Source of the DNA: Felis catus
Taxonomy: Eukaryota
Assembly (NCBI RefSeq): GCF_018350175.1
Contig: NC_058383.1
Coordinates: 15,626,001 to 15,690,000 of the forward strand
DNA length: 64,000 bases
Reading direction: 5' to 3'
The position numbers were made by a program, and so were the translations under genes. This document shows positions 49,690-62,000 of this stretch, piece by piece (the stretch's first letter is position 1; each line of letters begins with the position of its first letter). Below the pieces are notes generated by a model, which did not search any database, was not told where the DNA came from, and saw nothing but the letters and a program-made list of their open reading frames with translations.

Positions 49690-51970
49690 TTAAAAAAGAC
49701 AATACCAGGGCTCCTGGGTGGCTCAGTCAATTAGGCGTCTAACTTCAGCTCAGGTCATGATCTCATGGTTCATGGGTTTGAGCCCCACACTGGGCTCTGT
49801 GCTGACAGCTCAGAGCCTGGAGCCTGCTTTGGATTCTGTGTCTCCCTCTCTCTCTGCCCCTCCCCCATCAGTACTCTGTCTCTGTCTCTCAAAAATAAAC
49901 ATTAAAGGGGCGCCTGGGCGGCTCCGTCCGTTGAGTGTCCACCTTCGGCTCAGGTCATGATCTCACGGTTCATGGGTTCGAGCTCTGTGTTAGGTTCTGT
50001 GCTGACGCTCAGAGCCTAGAGCCTGCTTTGGATTCTGTGTCTCCCTCTCTCTCTCTCTCTCTGCCCCTTCCCCGCTTGTGCTCTTTGTCTCTCAAAAATA
50101 GACGTTAAAAAAAATTAAAAATAAATAAACATTAAAAAATAAAAATAAAAAACAGTATCATTTATAACAACATCAAAAAACTCCCTAAATACCTAAGAAT
50201 AAATCTAAAAAAAGATGTATAAGATCTTTACACAGAAAGCTATAAAACATTATTGAGAAAAATTAACAACCAAATAAATAGAAATAGCATTCTCAGGGAC
50301 TGGAAGATTCAACATAGTAAAGATGTTCATTCTCCTCAACAAAGGAATTCCGACTAAAATTCTAGCATACTATTTTGGGTGGAGGGGGCAGGGGTAATTT
50401 CAAACTGATTATAAAAGTTCTAAGGAAATGCATAGGGCCAAAAATAATCAAAGTAATCTTGAAAAGAACAAAGTAGGGGACTTATTCTACTTATTAAGAT
50501 GCTATATTATACAGCTATAAATAAGCCAATTATACAGCTAACATACACACATATACAGCTATAATTATTATATATATTCTATTCTATATATATATAATTA
50601 AGTTAAAGGCAGGCTTTGGTACAAGTACAGACAAATATATTAATGGAACAGAATGAAGAACGCAGAAACAGTCCCTTGTATACAAATACTTGGTTCATGA
50701 CAAAGTATATGACAATTGCATTGCAAGCAATGCAATTAGAATGAATAAATAAATAAATAAATGTAGTATATAATGATACACTGAGTAGCAATTAAGAAAA
50801 ATTAACTACTGCTATGAAAATAACATCAAGGATTCCCAACACATAATGACAAGGGGGATAAAAGCCAGATGCCTAAAAATGATATACATATCTCCATTTA
50901 AAGTACAGTAAAACCTTGGTTTGTGAGCATAATTCATTCCGGAAACATGCTTGTAATCCAAAGCGCTTGTATATCAAAGCAAATTTCCCCATAAGAAATA
51001 ATGGAAACATATGATTTGTTCTACAACCCCAAAATATTCATATAAAAATGATTACAATACGGTAATATAATACAAAATAATAAAGAAAATACAAAATATA
51101 AAGAAAAATAAATTAACCTGCACTTACCTTTGAAAACCTTCGTGGCTGGTGTGAGGGAGACAAGGGAGAGGGGGGTTATTGTGTAGGATGACTTTCACTA
51201 TCACTAATGGAATCACTGCTGTCTCTTGGTTCAATGGAATCTTTTTCTGCATGGGGGCCATTGTATATGCTCGCATGGATGTTGACTACAGTACAGTACC
51301 AAGCTCTTGTCATGGACTGTATTTAATGTAACTGGAAAGGGTCTAGATCTGCAGGCAGCCTGACTTAGAATGAAGTCAAAGCATTCCCAAGCCTACTCTT
51401 GTCTGGAAAAGCAAAGGACTGTCCACAGGTGCTTTGAAGTGGCAAAAAATACACTAGTGCCAGTTGTGGGCACCTTCCAATGTTCTGAAACATCACTGAT
51501 TTCTGCCAAACTCTGCAGCCTGAGACTGAGCATCTGAGCATGGGAGATGATCACCCACAATCCCACAGTGACAGTGAGAGAGAGAGAAGAACCACTGGCT
51601 CAGTTGTGATCATGTGATGTTTGCAAGACATCGCTCGTTTATCAAATTAAAATTTATTAGAAATGTTTGCTCATCTTGTGGAACACTTGCAGAACAAGTT
51701 ACTCGCAATCCAAGGTTTTACTGTATTTTAAAGTTTGTAAAAAGGCAGAAACAATTTCATGATGTTAGGAATCAGGATACTGTTCACTCTGGGGAGGAGG
51801 GAGGGAGGGAGGGAGGGAGGCAGATGAAAGAGGCTTCCAGGGTGCTGGGAATTTTCTGTCTTGATATTATGAGTAGCAACTATGAAGCTACGTTCATTTT
51901 GTGATCATTTATAGAGTTATGATTTGTGCACTTTTCTCTGTGTATGTTATATTCCAAGAATAAAATTGAA
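49690..51970 (+). mobile_element. Old L1M-type fragment interrupted by two SINEs and the Tigger-like element
   Basis: A-rich ORF2-like sequence (AATAAATCTAAAAAAAGATGTATAAGATCTTTACACAGAAAGCTATAAAACATTATTGAG) and an L1 3'-end-like tail. Confidence 0.7.
50906..51723 (-). mobile_element. Non-autonomous TcMar/Tigger-like DNA transposon (818 bp)
   Basis: Perfect 14-bp TIR CAGTAAAACCTTGG (about 23 bp with mismatches); TA target duplications at 50904-50905 and 51724-51725; interrupts an old L1. Confidence 0.88.
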
Positions 51971-52071
51971 CAAATTAAGTCAGTAACTTATTGCTAAAAA
52001 TCTACTGCTAACACACACACACATGTACACAGTCTTTAAATATAAAGATGTTTGTTTCAACACTGCAATAG

Positions 52072-52116
52072 CAAAACAAAACAAAACAAAACAAAACAAA
52101 ACAAAACAAAACAAAA
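52072..52116. repeat. (CAAAA)n pentanucleotide microsatellite
   Basis: Nine perfect CAAAA units. Confidence 0.95.
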
Positions 52117-55100
52117 CCTGGGAGCTATTAGTGTCAATCAAAAGTAAAAAAGGTCTCCAGTAGCCAAAGTTAGGTAATTGCTGAACTTGACAAAGTATGG
52201 CAAGAAACTACAGATGGTTCTTAGGAAGAGAGTCACTGAGTAGCCCCTCAGAACACAAAGAAATCTTCTAAATGGTGAATCCTAAAGCTCACAGACCTAA
52301 AGGATTTTTACTTGGTGGGGACTGATCCACTTCTAAAAGTAGCAGCATTCCTTCTGAAATTCAGAGAATCAATGTACTTTTTGCCTCTTCTCTGCAATGT
52401 CTAAAACCTGCTTCATTCTTTGGGGTTTCTGCTACAGTCCTAAGAAGCCTAAATTAAAACAGAGATATCAGGGGTGCTTGGGTGGCTCAGTCAGTTAAGT
52501 GTCTGACTCTTGATTTCAGCTTAGATCTTGGTCTCACGGTTCCTGGGTTTGAGCCTCAAGTCAAGTTGGGCTCTGTGCTGGTGGCGAGGAATCTGCTTGG
52601 GATTCTCTCTCTCTCCCTCTGCCCCTCTCCTGCTCATGCACTCTCTCTGTCTTTTTCTCTTTCAAAAATAAACATTAAAAAAATTAAAACAGAAATATCA
52701 GACTTTTGGATAAGGTATTTCCTCAGAGATGCATCACAATGGAAGATACAGTGGGTGCCAGATAACAATACTGCGTCTACCAGGACTGTTTCAAAAGCTA
52801 CCATCGCCTCTTTCATACCCTCAAATGGTCCCAGGTCATGGGATGGGTGGGCAGGGGCCGTTGGGCCTAGCTGCTCCCTGAAGTATCTGCATGTAAGAAT
52901 CCTGTTTGTTCTACCCTAACACCACAGTCCATAGATTGTTCCAGCTTCCTGCACCATGTCCCTCCCACCCCCATTTTAGTGAGATATAACTGACTATAAC
53001 ATTGTATTACTGTTCCAGATTTCTGATGTAGGAAGTGTTTAAGCCCCTGGAGCTGTGTGCAGCATGTTAATGCTGACTTCCACTGTGCATGCCTGCAAGC
53101 ACCCACTATATCTAGCACAGGGGCTCAAGCCAATAGGATGGGGTTTTTTCTTTGTTTGTTTGCTTTTGTTTTTGTTTTTTACCAGATTCCCAGGTGTCTT
53201 TCCTTCTTCCTCTATTCGTGGAACTGTGTCCCACAAACTCCCTGGGGCATAAGCTACTCAGGCTTAGGGTCTGTGCCCTGGTTGCTTTACTGAACCAGAA
53301 CAAGTCTGATTTGCCCCAGTCCCTGTTCCAGTTAGTGGGTTAGGTCCCCAAGAAACTTTTGTTATATTCTTCATATCCTCTGACTCAGAAACTGACTCTC
53401 CTCTCTTTTAGCTAGCCTCCTCTGCTAGAATTCAAGCAGGAGGTTCACTGAAAGCCCAGGGGGTATATAGCTAGTCAGTGGCAGAGTGAGGCTCAGAGGG
53501 CCCTACCCAGCACTGTCTCATTATAACATGCTGTTTGTATTTTATTACCATTAGCAAATCTTATGGTTGAATCTTCCCTTCCCTTTTCAGTTCACTGTAA
53601 AAACCAGCAAGGCGTGACAGAAAACAGGAGTGGGAACATCAAGTATTATAAGTGTCTTCTAGGAACTGACAGTTCCAGAAAGGTAAGGCTTGAATGAAAG
53701 GAGAAAAAACACCCCTGAATATATGATGTCACAAATGTAATAAAAAACCAAAAAGCGGTCAGGATAAGACATCAGATAAAAGGCTCAATCAAAAAGTTAC
53801 GTGGGAAAATGCCTCCTTTGATTATCCTTCAGGGAACAAATGCTTCAAAAGACAGAAACTTTAGGGCTGACAAAAAGAACACTTTTACTGACAAAGTAAT
53901 TCCATTTAGTGCAGAAATGAAGCACCACATTGCTTATAAAAACAGAAAAGTTAGGAATGGAATTTCCTTTGGTTAAATGAATGGTGTTTCTGGACATACT
54001 ATTCTCTGGTACTAACAGAGTGAGGACTGCACTTGACAGCAATGAGCTAGGCACTCAGATCCAAACAATCCTACAGAACCCTCCCACCTCAAGCCCTGAA
54101 GGAATGATGAGACAAAAGTAGGCTCCTGATTTGCAGGGTGCACTGGAAATAAAACTACTAAGAACAGCAGGTAAACATTATTGTCTCAGGTTAATGTTAA
54201 GTAAGTGCTTCATATGTATGATCTCACTGAATCCCACAATCTCTTGAGGGAGGTATTATTTACTCCCTGTTTACAGATGAAGCAATTAAGGCGCAGAGAA
54301 ATTAAGTATTTTGTCCAATGTAGTGAAATGAGAAGCTAATAGGTACCATGATTCACTTGCATTTTAAAAGGATCTTCCTAGGGCACCTGGGTGGCTCAGT
54401 TGGTTGAGCGTCTCTTGATTTCAGTTCAGGTCATAATCCCAGGGTCGTGGGATCAAGCCCAGAGTTGGGAGCTCCATGCTCAGAGTCTCTTTCTCCCTCT
54501 GCCCCTTTCGAAACCCTGCTTGCATGCTGTCTCTAAAATAAAAATAAAATGAAATAAAGTAAAAGGATCATCCTAATTGCTCTGTTTACATTGTCAAGGA
54601 CCAAGGATAGAAGTATGGAGGTTACAGTAGTAATCCAGACAGGAGAGGATGACAAGGAGGTGGTGAGAAGTGGTGGGTGTGTGGATTTTTATTTTTCTAA
54701 TTATGTCTAATTACACAGACTCGATGTAGGGTGTGAGAGAGCAGAGCGGAGTCAAGGATAATTCCAAGGTTTTTGGCCTAAGTAACTACCAACGGGAAAT
54801 ATGGAGTTGCCATTAACACAGCTGAGAAATGTTCTGACTACAGAATATTTTCAGGGGGAAGATCAGTAGGTTCAGTTTTGGATATATTAAGCTTGACATG
54901 TCTATTAGACAATAAATGAAAATGTCAAGTCACCAATTGGATATATAGCCTGGAGTTCATAGAAGTCTGGGTTGGGATATATAAATTTGAGAATTATCAA
55001 CTTACAGATGGCATTTAAAACCTTGATACCTGATATGATAGCCTGGGGCTCAGGGTAGAGAAAGAACAGCAGAGGACTTAAGACTGAGATATGGGGGCAT

Positions 55101-57689
55101 TCTAACATTCAGAGGTCAGGAAGAAGAAGAAGAACCAGCAAATAAGACTGAAGAAGCAACCAATGACACAGAAGGAAAACTTAAAAAGTGATGTCCTTAA
55201 AACCAAGTGAAGGAAACCTATCAAGGAGGAAGTAATCAATTGCATCAAAAGATGCTGGGAGTTCAGATGGTAATTGACTACTCGATATAGCAACATGAAA
55301 GTCACCATCAACTTCACAAGAACGAATAGAATGGTAGCTGTAAAATTCTGAATGAAGTGGATGTAAGACAGAGAATGGAGAGGAACCGGAAACGGAGTAC
55401 AGAAAATTTCAGTTTTGATGTAAAGGGAACCAAAGAAAGGAATGGCAGTGGCAGGGCAACTGGAATCAAGAAGTATGTTGTGTATGTGTGTGTGTGTTAA
55501 GATAGAAGAACTAAGGGCATATTTGTTTGTTGATGGCAAAGATCCCACTAGAGAGCAAAATCTGATGATGTAGGATATATGAGGAGATGGACTTGGGTGC
55601 CAAAGGGGAGGAAATGCCTTCAGATAGGATCACGGATGTAAACTTCTGTTATGCAGACTTTCTACTATGAGAGATGAGGATATCAGACCAGTAATACTTC
55701 CTATCCTCTAGTCTCTCAAAAATTACATAATAATTTTTGGTTAAAGTCACATTCTGTAAGTTTCCATTATTGTGACACTATAAATATCACCTATTTACAT
55801 TTTCTTACACAAATTTGTTGTTGTCTTAGAGTTAGTAATAACCTCATCTTTTTCTTAATTAGTAGACTCTATAGTTTTTAGAGCAGCTTTAGCTTTATAG
55901 AAAAACTAGCAGAAAGTAAAGTCCCCATATATGTCCTCTCTCCCCCACAGCTCCCCCTATTAAAATCTTGCATTACTGTGGTACATGTTAGAGTTAATGA
56001 ACTAGGAATGATACCCTGTTATTAATTAAAGTCTTTAGTTTGCACTAGGATTCAGTCTTTGTGTTGTAGTTTCTATGGGTTTTGATGATTCCATAATGAC
56101 ACATATCCACTATTACAGTAGATACAGAATAGTTCCATTATCATACCCCCTGCCCCGCTCCACTTACTTACTCCTCCTACCTTCATGCAATCTTTTTACT
56201 GTTCCAGTTTTGCCTTTTCCAGAACATTATAGACTTGGAATCACATAGTATGTAGTCTTGTCACATTGACTTCATTTAGCAACATGCATTTAAGTTTCTT
56301 CCATGTCTTTTTGTGGCTTGATAACTCATTTATTTTAATCACTAAATAATGTTCCATTGTCTGGACATACAGTAGTTTATTTATCCATTCTCCTACTGAA
56401 GGCCATCTTGGTTGCTCACAAGTTTTGGCAATTATGAATAAAATTGTTAGAAACATTGTGTATAGGTTTTGTGTGAACAGAAGTTTTCAACTCATTTGGA
56501 TAAATACCAAAGAATGCAACAGCTGAGTGATACAGTAAGAATATGGTTAGTTTTATAAGAAACTGCCAAGCTGGGGGTGCCTGGGTGGCTCAGCTGGTTA
56601 AGTAGCCAACTCTTGATTTTGGCTCAGGTCATGATCTCACAGTTCGTGATACTGAGTCCAGCATTGGGCCCTGTGCTGACAGTGTGGAGCCTGCTGGAGA
56701 TTCTTTCTCCTTCTCTCTGCCCCTCCCTTGCTCTCTCTCTCTCAAACTAAACAAACAAACATTTTAGGGGATGCCTAGGTGGTTCAGTCGGTTAAGGGTC
56801 TGACTCGATTTCGGCTCAGGACACGATCTTGAGGTTTGTGAGATTGAGCCCCGCATCTGGCTCTGTCTTGACAAGGTGGAGCCTGCTTGGAATTCTCCCT
56901 CTCCTCACTGCTTCCCCCAACTCTCTCTCAAAATAAATAAATAAACATTAAAAAAAAAAACTTGCCAAGCTATCTTCCAAGTGGCTGTACCATTTTGCAC
57001 TCTTACCAGCAATGCATGAGAGTTCCTGTTGCTCTGCATTCTCATAATCTTAGGGTGTTGTCAGTGTTCTGGATTCTGGCCATTCTAGTAGGTGTATAGC
57101 GGTATCTTGTTTTAATTTGCATTTCCCTAAGGACATATGATGTTTTCACATGCTCAGTTGTCAGTGATATATTTTCTTTGTCAAATTGTCCATTCAGATC
57201 TTTTGCCCATTTTTTTTATTAAAAAAAATTTTTTTAACATTTATTCACCTTTGAGAGAGAGAGAGAGAGAGACAGAGCATGAATGGGGGAGGGGCAGAGA
57301 GAGAGAGACACACACACAGAATCCGAAGCAGGCTCTAGGCTCCGAGCTGTCAGCACAGAGCTCGGCTCAGGTTTTGAACCCACAAACCATGAGATCATGA
57401 CCTGAGCCAGAGTCAGACATTTAACCGACTGAGCCACCCAGACACCCCTTTTGCCTATTTCTTAATTGAATTGTTTCTAAATTTTAAGAATTTGCTTATT
57501 TTGTACGTCAGTCCTTTATCAGATGTGTTTTGCAAAAATGTTCTTCCAATCTGTGGCTTTTCTTTTTCTTCTCTTAACAGTGTCTTTTACTTTGTCTGAA
57601 AGCTCCTCCAGCTGTCTTTTATTTGTGCTATCATGGTGTATCTTTTATTTATCCCTTTGCTTTGAATCTATCTGTGTCTTTATATCTAC

Positions 57690-58878
57690 AATTTCTTGTT
57701 AAAAGAAAACTGGGGCGCCTGGGTGGCTCAGTCTGTTAAGCATCCAGCTCTTGATTTTGGCTCAGGTCATGATCTCATGGTCATTGAGTTCGAGCCTCTG
57801 CATCAGACTCTGCACTCTCTCCCCCTCTCTCTCTGTCCCTCCTGTGTGCTCTCTCTCTCTCTCTCTCAAAAAGTAAATAAAATAAACTTAAAAAAGAAAA
57901 CTATTTTCTCTACTCACAGTCCTTCTGATACCATTGTAGGGTTTTTCTTCACACCAAGAAGTCCTAACTTTCAAGAATTAGCACAGATCTCCACAGGTTA
58001 AGGATGCAAGTCCAGGCCTCCTGTGTAGTGTTTCCCACAATCCCCTCCTCAGGTTCAATAATTTGCTCAAATAATACCCAGAACTCAGAGAAACACTTCA
58101 CTCATGATTACTGGTTTATTATAAAGGATACAAACAGCCAGATGAAGAGGAATGTAGGATGAGGTCTGGAAGGGTCTTGAGGGCAAAAAGTTCTGTCTCT
58201 GTGGAGTATGGGGTACACCACTCTTCCAGTCCATGGGTGTGTTCACTAACCTGGGAGCTCTCTAGACTCCTTTGTTTTGTTTTAGGGTTTTAATGGAAGT
58301 TCCATTATTTAGGCACAACTGATTAAATCATTGGCCAGTGGTTGATCAACTCAGTCCCCAGCCCCTCTTTCCTCGCTGCATCTAGAGAAGGTAGGGCTGG
58401 AAATTCCAAGCCTCTAAGCACATGGTTGGTTCCTCTGGCCACCAGCTCCCATCTTAAAGCTATTTAAGGGCCCATAAAGTAACTCAATAATCTAAACTCA
58501 GTTGTGCTTGGGGCGCCTGGGTGGCTGAGTTGGTTAAGTGTCCAACTTTGGCCCAGGTCATGATCTCACAGTTCGTGAGTTTGAGCCCTGCTTCGGGCTC
58601 TGTGCTGACAGCTCAGAGCCTGGTGCCTGCTTCAGATTTTGTGTCTCCCTCTCTCTCTCTGCCCCTGCCCCACTTGTGCTCTGTCTCTCTCTCAAAAAAA
58701 TAAACATTTAAAAAAAATTAAAAAAAATTCTTTAAACTCAGTTGTGCTTGAAAAAGGCTTACTATGAATAACAAAAGATGCTCCTTTCACCCTTATCACT
58801 CAGAAACTACAAGGGTTTTAAGAGCTCTGTTCTAGGAGCTGGGGACTGAATATATAGTTCTTATATCACAGTATCATA
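57690..58878 (-). mobile_element. MER21-like LTR remnant interrupted by SINEs
   Basis: Ends TATATCACAGTATCATA; internal TGATTAAATCATTGGCCAGTGGTTGATCAACTCA (reverse of the motif at ~46700). Confidence 0.6.
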
Positions 58879-58981
58879 CCTGCAGTAACTTATATGTAGA
58901 TAACACACTTGTAGATAACATATAGTTGGGTTTTGTGTTTAATGCACTCTGGAAGTATCTGTCTCCTAATTTAGACCATCC

Positions 58982-59002
58982 ATATATATATATACATATT
59001 AA

Positions 59003-59062
<60 letters not shown>
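58982..59062. repeat. Interrupted (TA)n microsatellite
   Basis: Directly visible. Confidence 0.95.
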
Positions 59063-62000
59063 TTTTTTTAAAGTAATCTCTACACCCAACATGGGGCTCG
59101 AACTTACAAACTTACAACCTTGAGATCAAGAGTCGCACACTCCACTGAGCCACCCAGGTGCCCCTAGCCCATTCACATTTAATGTGATTACTGACACAAT
59201 TGGTTTAATACCTATGATATTTGCAACTATTTTCTTTTTGCTGCCCTTGGACTTTCTCGCTTCTACTCTTTTTTACCTTCTCTAGTTTTAATTCAGCATT
59301 TTATGTGACTCCATTTTCTCTCCTCTCTAAACATGCCAACTATACTTCTTTTTAAAATGTCTTCAGGGGCACTGGGGTGGCTCAGTCGCTTAAGTGTCTG
59401 ACTTCAGCTCAGGTGATGATCTCGCGGTTTGTGAGTTCAAGCCCCACATCAGGCTCTGTGCTGACAGCTCAGACAGAGCCTGCAGCCTGCTTCAGATTCT
59501 GTGTCTCCCTTGCTCTCTGTCCCTCCCCCACTCACACTCTGTCTCTCTCAAAAATGAGTAAATGTTAAAATAAAATGTCTTCAGTGGTTATCCTAGAGCT
59601 TGCAATATACATTTACAACTAATCTAAGTCTACTTTCAAATGACACTGTAATACCTTACAAGTAGTGTAAATAAATAAGATTACTTCCAGTTCCTCCCTC
59701 CCTATCCTTTGTACATTCCTGTCATTCATTTCACTTATCTAGAAGTTATAATCACTGACTATATTGTTGCTATTATTTTAAATAAAATGTTATCTGCTAG
59801 GTCAATTAATGAGAAAAATTAAAGATATTATTTTACCTCCATTTATTCCTTATCTAACATTTCTTCTCTTCCTTTATGTACCTGAGTTTTTCTTTTTTAG
59901 AGAGAGAGAGAGAGAATGTGAGCGGGGGAGCTGGCAGAGGGAGAGAGAGAGGGAGAGAGGGAATCTCAAGCAGGCTCCATGCTCAGCACAGAACCCTATG
60001 TGGGGCTCGATCCTGAGCTGGAATCAAGAGTCAGATGCTCTATCGATTGAGCCATGCAGGTGCCTCTAGATCTGAATTTCTGACCTGTATTATTTTCCTT
60101 CTCTCTGAAGAGCTTATCATCTCTCACAAAGCAGGCCATTGGTGACAAAGTCCCTCAATTTTGTCTGAGAAAGTATTACTCCTTCAGAGGATAATTTTGC
60201 TGGTTGCAGACCTGAGGTTGGTGGACTTTTTTCTTTCAATACTTAAAATTTTTTTTAAATGTTTTTATTTATTTTTGAGACAGAGAGAGACAGAACATGA
60301 GCAGGGGAGGGGCAGAGACAGAGGGAGACACGGAATCGGAAGCAGGCTCCAGGCTCTGAGCTGTCAGCACAGAGCCCGACGCGGGGCTCGAACTTACAGA
60401 CTGTGAGATCATGACCTGAGCTGAAGTCGGACACCCAACCGACTAAGCCACCCAGGCACCCTCAACACTTTAAATATTTCACTCCACTCTCTTCTTGCTT
60501 GTATGGCTTCTGTGGAGAAATCCAATATTATCCTTGTTACTCTACAGGTAAGGTGCTTTTGTCTTCTGGGTTCTTTCAAGATTTTGTTTTCGATTTCCCA
60601 TAATTTGACTATGATAATGCCTACGTGTAGATTTTTTGGCCTTTATCCTGCTTGGTGTTTTCTGAGCTTTCTGGATCTATGGTTTGATGTCTTATTAATT
60701 TTGGAAAGTTCACAGCCATCACTACTTTAAATGTTTCTTTTGTTCCTTTTCTTTCTTTGCCTCCTGGCATTCCTATTATACATATATTACGTCTTTTATA
60801 ACTGCCCCACAGTTCTTCGATAGTCTGTTCTCTTTCATTCATTTTTCTCTTTAAATTTCAGTTTTGCAAGCTGATTCATTTTCATTACTGGGCTGTGTCC
60901 TGTCTACGATAAGTCATCAAAAGCATTCTTCATTTCTGTTACAGTGGCTTTGACTTCTAGCATTTCCTTTAGATTCTTAGTTTCTATCTGTGCCTGCATC
61001 CAGGTATTCTTGCATGTTATCGACTTTTCCCATCAAAATCTTTAGCACGTTCATCATAGTTATTTTAAATTCCTCGTATGATAATTCCAAAATCTCTGGC
61101 ATGTATGAATCCAGTTTGAATGCTTTCTATGGTCTCTTCCACTGTGTTTTTGACTTTTAGCACACGTTGTAACCTTTTGGTTAAAAGTGGACATGATGTA
61201 CTGGGTAAAAGGGACTGTGGTAAATACGCCTTCAGTGTGAGGATTTACACTTACCTGGCTACGAATCAGCCTATGTTTACTGTTTGTTGAAGGAGTACCT
61301 ATCAGAGGCTAAAATTTCTTCAAGTGTCCTTGTTTTTGTACTTCTTGTTGTTTTGAGGTTTCCCTAGAGACTTCCTTTAAAAACAGACTCTGAGCATTGT
61401 AGCTCTTTTAGTAGTAATCCACTGTCATTATACAAGATATAGACTGGTGTGGTGGTAGCGTGTGTGTGTTTGCGGGGTGGAGGAGACTATTCTATAACCC
61501 CATAGTTTCCATCTAAGTATTTTAGTGAGTCTGTGTGCCTGGGCTGGAACCAGCACAAGGGCTTCTCAGCTTCCCCTCCCACCCCTTTAGGTAAGACAGA
61601 AAAACTAGAGGGGGTTGGAGCTGGGTATTTCCTTTCCCCTAGTGGCTTAGACTTTGGTAAAATAGTTTACTTTGAGGGCAAGCCGTTGTTAGAGAGTATC
61701 CCCCAAGCATATTTTAAGATGGTTACTTTTCCCTTCCCTCTGTCAGAGCGCCAGGGGATTTTTCTCTTATCTTTACCCTGTGGGGCTATGGAGGAAAAAT
61801 TCACTAAGCCTCTGGCAATTCATCATTTACAGTTTATGTATTCCTAGCAGTACTGTCTTTAGTGGGAGACTTGTGCTCTTGGTAATCTATGATTCTTGGC
61901 ATTTACGTCTCCCTCTTCCATTTTTTCCCCCTTTCACAAGATATCCTTTCTGAAACACTTGGTTTACTTCCATCTGGACTACTAGTTCTCTAGGTCTCCT

